A DNA stretch of 61,622 nucleotides, counting the filler, from Sluysia triapertura (Eukaryota), in the NCBI GenBank assembly GCA_046118255.1. It is 5 parts of 5 records of this genome, joined end to end, with 100 filler letters (N's around TTAATTAATTAA, not from the genome) between each part and the next. Parts side by side here need not be neighbours in the genome. Positions count along the whole stretch, not along the records: positions 48,299 to 61,622 come from JBJNIA010046458.1; 4 more parts are not named here. The stretch is one strand, 5' to 3'. The notes beneath the pieces are model-generated. The model ran no database searches and was not told the DNA's origin. It was given only the letters and a program-made list of their open reading frames with translations. Position numbers and translations under genes: made by a program. Positions within the stretch are counted from its first letter, which is position 1. Every line of letters begins with the position of its first letter. This document shows positions 53,435-61,622 of this stretch, piece after piece.

Positions 53435-55354
53435 GTAATATTTTATTAAAATTATTTTTAATTGTGCAAAAAGTAACTTTAGTTTAATGAAAATTTGGTT
53501 TATTTCTAACTATATTGAACTTAAATATAGTGACAATTTTTAATGACGCACTTTGCATTTTTTTCTTACGTAACTCATCGTGCAACTTTGTTAAGAAATA
53601 TTAGATTTGTTCTTAAAAAGAAAATAAAATGATTTTTTATCCCCTTCTATCAAAACTACAAAATGAGAGAAACCCCAATAAGATTTAAAGTCCAATATCA
53701 CTACTAAAACTAGGCCGAATTGAAATTAATGTCTTATTTTTTATTTAAAATTTATTTTTAAATAATTTTTAACATTTCATAAATTTTTAAACTTTTTTAA
53801 AAATATTTATATTTTGGGACTTAACCTAAGAAAGACTAAATTTAAGTTTTATTTATTTCATATTTAAGTTTTATTATTTATAATTATCAATAAAATTAAT
53901 AACATGTTTGATCAATAATACTAAGAGACTGAATTAGTTGTGATTATGAATATTCTTTCATTGTACGAAAAATTATGTTAATTAATTAATTCTTTAAATT
54001 TATAATGAATAGGCTAAAAGATGTAACTTTATCGGAAAAAATGGAATTAGAGTAGAAGGGCTCAATATATTTACAGTATAAAAAGAAAAAAATAGTGGTA
54101 GAAGATCGAATCTCCCATTTTAAATCGTACATGATTCATGACAACGTAATAGATATGAAAACAATTTTAATATTATGCGCCATTTGACATGTTTTATTCC
54201 TTGCGCATATCTCTACTTCAGGACAATAAAAATAACAATTAGTTTCGAATTTATTCATTTGATTATACAAAATATAGGCGCACTTGTGATTATTATAAAG
54301 AATTGATACAAACCCGAGAAAATTTTAGTCTCAAAACATCACTTGAAAAAACACAATCCATAATTTCATTTTGACAAAAATTCACCAATATTACAAAAAT
54401 TTTTTAAACATTTTTGTATAACCAAAATGCAATATTCCAACAACAGAAGCCAGGGTAATGCTATTTTGTTGTACAATCTAAAGAGAATGAGGATAAGAAT
54501 GTAACTGAAAACGGTGTCGATGATTTATCCTCTTATAGTACAAGCAATAATTAAAAAAAATAGTTTAAACATTTTATTATTCCAAAGTATTTTAATATAA
54601 TTTGAAAATTTTTTATACAAACTTTTTTACAATAGATTTTGAATTTCATTTAACGACTTATTTAATCTTGTCAGAAAATAAGTCTTATTTTTGAAATTTT
54701 AAAATTTTATAAGTTGGAGAAGACTGGTAATTCGTTTACTTAAAAGTTGAACACTGCTTGTAAGTCCGTTTTTTTCAACAAATTTTAGGTGGTTCTGATA
54801 TTTTTTTTAATAATGGTGCTATAAAGTTAACATTCGACTGTCAAAATTTTACTTAATAATTAGGAGAAAAAACGACAAAAAATGCATAACATTCCGAAGA
54901 GTAAATAACTTTTATGCTACCTTTTTTTATTTTTCCTGTATGAAGTTTACTTACATGATGTTGCGGTGTTAAATAAACTTTTCATTCTTATTATTAAATT
55001 TGAAATAATAAAACTTTTTCATGAGGTTTATGTGAAATACATTGAAATTTGAAGATTTAAATATATATAGTTTGCGTATTAAATTTTTAGAAAGAAATTA
55101 ATTTAAAGATCTGTATATAAAATTTTCCACTTTTCTTTGTGATATAATGTTTATCTTTTTTAAATACAAAGTATCTTTTAATTTGTTTACTTAAAAGATG
55201 AAGTCCTTAAAGGTAGCCACCAAACTAAACAATATTAACAAAAAAAACTATCAAAATACTAAAATCCGGAAACTGAATGGTAAGTTAGAAAATTATAAAA
55301 AAATAAGAAATAAAAGTAAATATTTTCTCAAGTGTTTCATTTCAATGCCATTTC

Positions 55355-56060
55355 AACCGAGTTAAATCTGGCGAGCTTAAATTTGGAAGTTTTAAGTCAA
55401 GTAGCACACTCACAGTGAGTGGAAAATGGGGTGTGTCCCCATCCTGCTGAAAATAGAAGTCTTCATTTTGGTATTGTTCACGTACTCGTGGATTTATTGT
55501 ATCTTTTAACATTTGATCACAGTTTGATCAATGTTTGTATGCTGAATAATGGGTCCAACAACACCTTTGCAAGAAAGCCCAGTCCATACTGTTAACCCAT
55601 GTTGATTGAGTTGTTTTTCAATACTAATATAAGGGTTTTCAGTTGCATAATAAATACAACTATGTCGATTAACGGCACCCGATAATTTAAAGTTTGTTTC
55701 GTCAGACCATACAATTTTGTTTAGAATACCCTTAAGTTCCTCGCTCAGGATATTTCTAGGAAACTGTAAACGACGATCCGAGTCATCTTCTAATAAACCA
55801 TGTATTAATAGAGGTGTGTAAATCTTTAGTCCCAGACGATTCATCGGGCACCCCAATGATTTACACGTAATATTAAGTTTCGATTTTTGTGGGCTCTGAG
55901 TGAACTTCATTTTCTTGCTTACTCACTATAACTGGTCGACCACTCTCGGTGCGTTGTGGATACTTTATCAAATTTGTCACGTCGATAGATCGTGAGCCTT
56001 GTTGGGGGAAGTGTTGAAAAGGTTTCAATCCACTGTTCTCGCACATTCGCTATTTTCTGA
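55355..56060 (-). mobile_element. Decayed IS630-Tc1-mariner transposase (DUF4817-like HTH type) in the ZFAND intron
   Basis: PPTRLTIYR, SGRP, IVWSDETNFKLSGAVNRH, TVWTGLSCKGVVGP, FQQDGDTPHF and SPDLT in order, with frameshifts. Confidence 0.8.
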
Positions 56061-56291
56061 AAACAAAAAATAAAAAATGATAAAAAACTGATTCAATTTT
56101 GTCCATAAGATTTTCTTTAAAATATTTCATAAAATGTATTAAAATAAATAAATATCCAAAGCTTCGAAAATAGATAAAATTATATTCGAAATTTTGTGAT
56201 ATTTAAAAAATTAAAAATAATACATTTGCAAAGTAAGAGAAATTGAATTTCTTAAAATTAAAGTAAAAAATTAATTCATAATATATTTCAG

Positions 56292-56440
56292 GGTTTGATT
56301 GCAGATGTGGCGGTCATTTTTGTGCTAAACATCGTTATTCAGATCAACACAAATGTACTTTTGATTATCAAGCTCATGGACAAGAACAAATCAAAAGTCA
56401 AAATCCTATGATAATTGGATCGAAGATTAAAAAAATTTGA
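56292..56440 (+). CDS. AN1-type zinc finger protein (ZFAND5/6-like), last exon
   Basis: Splice restores [29 protein letters not shown]...NPMIIGSKIKKI*, the canonical AN1 finger and tail. Confidence 0.93.
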
Positions 56441-57585
56441 AAATATATTACCTTTATCGCCACATAAATATACCTACCACCTTTTTTGTATTTCATACAA
56501 TACATCGTATAAATTGACAATTAATAAATAGATATTATTTTGCCTTTAACACAAAATGCATTCTTCCAATTTTTTGAAATTCACTTCTGTACTTGTTTCC
56601 GAAATATTGCCTCTGCTGTTTGATTTTCATAACAGTTTCCAAATTGCATCTCAAAAAGTTATAATTACATGAATTTTATGGCTCTAAAAATATGAAAAAA
56701 CAGTCTANNNNNNNNNNNNNNNNNNNNNNNNNNNNNNNNNNNNNNNNNNNNNNNNNNNNNNNNNNNNNNNNNNNNNNNNNNNNNNNNNNNNNNNNNNNNN
56801 NNNNNNNNNNNNNNNNNNNNNNNNNNNNNNNNNNNNNNNNNNNNNNNNNNNNNNNNNNNNTTTATGAAATTTGCTCTTAATTTTAAAAGGTGTTTTAGAG
56901 AAAGTTTGTAATTTCCTTAAAAGTTTGTAATTTCACACTGCTAAGTAATATTAACTGATTGTTTTCATAATTAGTTGTTTTGGGAATCATTATTTGCGTC
57001 AATAACTGTATATAATTTTAATTTATATTAAATTCAAATATAATCATTAATTCTCGTATATTAAAATTTAGATTTGAAGTATATTATAAATATTGACGCT
57101 ATTGTTATTTTATTATATTGATTATTTTGGCTTAATTTTTCTCATTAATTAAATGATGTGACACACGTTTTTAATTTGAATTTACATTAAAAATTGTATT
57201 TTAGAAAATTTGAGAACTCTTTATAGTAAAAGGCAAATTAAAAAATGAAAGTAATAAAGTAAAATGTAAATGTTTTAAGTTTGTAACTTGTTAAAAGCAT
57301 TTTTAAATAAAATATGTGTTTTATATTTAACATATTTTATGCGGAATTGTTTTAATATTAAAGATTTTACTTTTGTATTTTGAAATTTTGAAATTCGTAA
57401 GTGAACAAAAATTTTTATATTTTAAAAGTGCTTTATACTTCATTTTGATGCTCATTAATTATCTTGATCATCCACATAAAAGAAGTAACGAAAATCGACT
57501 TCAGGTTCTAGTAGCATCGGAAATTGATAATTCTATCGCAAGTGATGGAATGAACCGAAGATTGTTGTTGACATGCAAGTTTATT

Positions 57586-57717
57586 AAAGAACCTTTAGTA
57601 ATCAGTCTAATGTTAAATAGAAAGACAAGAACCCATATATGTGGAATTACTAAGCAACCCCTAACAATCGGTTTAGTGTTTATCGAAAAGGCGCGAATCC
57701 ATACATGTGGAGTTACC
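57586..57717. repeat. Two diverged 66-bp tandem units
   Basis: KEPLVISLMLNRKTRTHICGIT / KQPLTIGLVFIEKARIHTCGVT in the + frame. Confidence 0.7.
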
Positions 57718-57949
57718 TGTTTTCAGAAGCTTAATTTTGATCATTCGAAAGATGAACCATTATACCTGTTACTTCTTGCTGAGATAATGAACTGTTTAAA
57801 GCTTAATTGTTTATCTTTAAATGAATAAAAGTGAATCGGGTTGTAATTGAAAGGAAGAATGCTAGAAAAACTTATTGAAATTTATTAAAAGTTTGTAATT
57901 AAAAATAAGATTTGATCCTTGGGTATGATAGTTTGAGATGCTTGGTGAA

Positions 57950-58462
57950 AGGTCAAAGTTATTTTAGCTTTAAATAACGATTACAAAATGAATCTTACTA
58001 TATTATAATGTTATTAAGAATAAATGTTGATGATAAATATGTATAAATGAAGTAGATTCAGCTTGGTGTGGTTGGTTAAAGATTTTAATGTAAATTTTTT
58101 CTAATTCTGAGGTATTTGTTAAAGTGGTTGAATAGTGTTATTGTGTTTATGATTTGTGTATTATATATTGTAGTTTTGGTTTGTTTGAAGAGATAGCTTT
58201 TGAGTGAATGTTGTGAATTATTCGAGATTAATTATCGAAGTAATGTGTGAAGTGAATGATTGAAAGTGTTAATTGAGTTGTTGTTAAGTATGGGTTGTTA
58301 AGATGTTGTGAATATGTAGTATTGTTTATGTTGATTGGGTTGGTGTGGTTCGATGGTAAAAAGTGTAATTGTTTAAGATATTATGTTTTAGTGAATTTTT
58401 GAGTTATGGATATTGAGTATAATGTTTTACTAAATTTTAAGCTATGAGTGTTGGCCACTAGA
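57950..58462 (-). mobile_element. Gypsy LTR of the same family as 48299-48375 (left limit uncertain)
   Basis: 58443-58462 TATGAGTGTTGGCCACTAGA is 18/20 identical to 48356-48375, with similarity continuing about 75 bp; strong G/T skew. Confidence 0.7.
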
Positions 58463-59099
58463 TCTTGATTGGCTGTCCAACCAAAATCATTTTGGTGATG
58501 TTGAGTATGTAACTGATTTCGCTGGGCAACCAATACAATCGGTTAGTTCATTTATTTTATTCACTTGAAGATTGATGTTATACTGTGATGACTACCATCA
58601 TTAACATCGACATAGATTTGTAATTGCAAAACAAAATGTCACTGTTTATGATGGCAGTAACTCTGTTGATTTTGAACTGCTTTGATTTGAATTAATTTAA
58701 TATACAAAATGGCGATAATAATAATAATAATAATAACAAAGTGTTAAAAAATGCATAGTCTTTGTTTTAGTTCTTTTAAACGAACATTCCTTTGATATCT
58801 GTCTTATTCTGGAAATATTTAAATTTAGGCTTAAAATCTTTAAATGAACTTTTTTTAAATTAATTTGGTGCTACAGTGAATAGAAATTGATAAATTAAAT
58901 AAAAATTAAAATTAAAAATGTTGATAATAATAATAATAATAACGATTGTTATTATTATTTTTATTATTGGTAAACGCATAAAATCTTTGAATGCTTAACA
59001 AAATCTTACTTTAATCTTTATATTTCTCAACATATCTAAATGGTAGAAGGAAAAGGAACTTTCACCCTTATGGATTTGTAGTGGTGAAGCTTTTCCTAT

Positions 59100-59690
59100 G
59101 ACCATAGATAATTTTTTGCTGTTTTAGGTAACTTTGCATGATTGATTCTGATATTTTGACTTGGATAATGTTTTTGGCTGAAATGTTATTAAGGTATGGA
59201 TAATGTAGAAGTTAAAATGAGTGTTGATAATGTTTAAATATTAAAACTGAATAGTACCAGATGTAGATTTATTTTGGAAGTATTTGTTGATTTGAATGTG
59301 GATGTGATTGAATTGTTTGAGATGAAAGGATGTAAAATAAAATATTTTGAATGAATTTTTAATGTACTTTAATGGTTTAATACATTATTGTGTTTTGGAT
59401 GTTGTGAGGTGTTGGATAAGTATTCTCAATGAATCATTTACTGTGAATTGATGATATTCTTTGTGATGAAATTGTGGGTTTAAACTATTTCGAAGAATAA
59501 GTGTTTTGATTTTTAAGAAGAGAAATAAGATATGGAAACGGTTGTGGTGGATTTTATAAGAGTGTTGTATATTGTTGTGGTTTTAGCTAGAATGGATTTA
59601 AAGATGTATACTGTATGTTTGAAAGTTTATAAGATTTTAATATGTTAGCATTTTTTAAAATTTTTTAAGATTAGTGAGTTGGCCACCACA
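59100..59690 (-). mobile_element. Related Gypsy LTR fragment (left limit uncertain)
   Basis: G/T-skewed tract ending GTTGGCCACCACA. Confidence 0.5.
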
Positions 59691-59758
59691 TATGATACTT
59701 GGACTTACTACAGGGCCAGCACCTAGATTTGCAGCGTCAATAAAATGAAGTAAAATTG

Positions 59759-59761
<3 letters not shown>

Positions 59762-59795
<34 letters not shown>
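59762..59795. repeat. (AT)n microsatellite
   Basis: Directly visible. Confidence 0.95.
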
Positions 59796-59800
<5 letters not shown>

Positions 59801-61547
59801 GCTCTACGTCTTTCTTAATTCTAAACACTTATTGAAATTGAATTTTCCTAATAAAGAATTTATTATGACTTTTATTATATTAATAAGAACAAACGTAGTA
59901 TAATTATTTATTAAGAGATACAAAGCGTTAAATCAAATATTGTTTTATTCAAAAATTATCAAACTCAAAATGTTAATGATTATCAAGTGCACAAACTTTA
60001 GTCTTATTTATTAAGAGACACGCTCGATTTCTTTTATCTAAACTTCGAACAATTATAATTAAACTTTGAGTCCGCCTGTAATATACGTTTTATATCCCAA
60101 GGAAGACGTACTTACAGGTTATTAGTGTCAATAAAGGATGTGAAAAAAAGTAGATGATCAAATATAATTATTAATGTCACGTACGTCGTTACTGTTTCAC
60201 TTAAATAACTATTAACCTTTTAAATCTTTTTAATTATCAACTTTTAAATCTCCTAACTTTTCAAATCTCTTTAATTTCTAGTCTTACAATTATCAATATA
60301 CGTAATCAATTCAAAACTCTATTAAATAAAGAATAGTTTATTATCGTCAAATGAAATATTATACAATTCGTAAAAATAAAATATGACACAATTGCAATAT
60401 AATAATATAAATACAGGGAAACTATTTTCCGTGTTTACCAAAGAAGTATTTTATTACTGAGTTTGATCCAGGCGAATGCTTGGGTATATATTTTATTGCA
60501 AAAAAATATTAATGGAAAACCTAGCACAATTAGCTTACTTAGTCATAGAATCCAAAAATAATTGAGTGATAGAATCCGAGAAGTACATAAACCGCGTAAA
60601 AATTTTCCACCAATAAGTGTCCGTTCCAAATTACGAATTATTGTACCGATATAACTTTATGGTTATTGTCAAACTTGTGAACAAATTATTGCAATCAAAT
60701 TATTGAATCGTTATCTTGTTATAAACTTATTTCTACTTTAATTTTTACCGAAAGAAAATTAAAAATATAATAACCGAAACATTGATAAAATGTAAAAATA
60801 CTTTTATTTTGCCGAAATAATTAATTACTTTCTGATAAAACATTTTGATTAAAATATGAACAATTGATTAAAAGATTAAACATTTTGCCGAATTAAAGAT
60901 TAATTATATTTGTACTTTTAATTAATTATTTCTAAATTAAAATATTATACATTTATTTTTTAATCATTCTTTTAATATTAAAATTATACATTATTTTAAT
61001 CATTATTTATTTACATTAATATTTACACACAAAATGTCAAATTGAATTATATATTATAATATTAAATTTAATAGTAAAATATCACAATAAATATTATATA
61101 GGCGTTAAAGATTCGTTTAACGTTTATATTACTGCAATAATTATTTAATGATATTAATTTATACTTAATATTTAGTTATTAAACTTTACGAAATAAATTT
61201 ACATAAATGTTACAAAATTATAACTTGAATTTATTTTATTAATTAAATTTATATTAACAAAGTAAAAAAACTAAAGATTAGTTATTATAAAATACCTAAT
61301 TGATTTCCAACGATCAAAGTATAATCAGATTAATGAATTCAAAATAAAATATGGGTTTCTCCAAATATGAACTATATTTTCTCAAAGTATAACCAGAAAG
61401 CAAACAATGAAATTCAAAATAATATAATTTTCTTCCAGATATAAACTATATTTTTGTCGTAATTTTAAATGTGAGATTTTAGACAAATTCTCTTTGTTTT
61501 TATAGTTTTTGTTGCTAAGTAGTCTGTGAACAAAGAACTAAATATTG

Positions 61548-61622
61548 TACTCCCTCTGTCCGAAAATAAGAGTCCCATTTCATGCAAAAATTTGTCCGAA
61601 AATAAGAGTCCCATTTCAATTT
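61548..61622 (+). mobile_element. Left end of a Stowaway/DD39D-like Tc1-mariner element
   Basis: TA|CTCCCTCTGTCC terminus with a perfect 26-bp subterminal direct repeat (61557-61582 and 61593-61618). Confidence 0.7.

Overview
Very AT-rich animal genomic DNA (intron-containing, full of decayed transposons and AAT microsatellites). A triclad flatworm is a guess from composition and gene style only. The window is not one locus: four identical 100-nt spacers (44 N + TTAATTAATTAA + 44 N at 12602, 23795, 35792 and 48199) join five pieces of about 11-13 kb, so nothing should be inferred across them. Recognisable host gene parts: the last exon of an ionotropic glutamate receptor (3038-3467, +), the last two exons of NIPSNAP (45872-46252, +) and the last two exons of a ZFAND5/6-type AN1 zinc-finger gene (53360-56440, +). 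Several orphan exon candidates also occur. Mobile DNA includes pogo/Tigger, mariner, Tc1/IS630, Helitron, L2/CR1-type LINE, Gypsy (gag knuckle; integrase with PPT and LTR; solo LTRs) and MITE ends. No rRNA, intact tRNA or CRISPR array was seen. I cannot support a complete novel system. The most unusual signals are an 8-unit heat-shock-element array next to a 55-bp palindrome (7845-7941), a pair of pre-miRNA-sized hairpins (58468-58658), an antisense orphan ORF apparently inside a NIPSNAP intron, and an acidic 36-aa coding tandem repeat.
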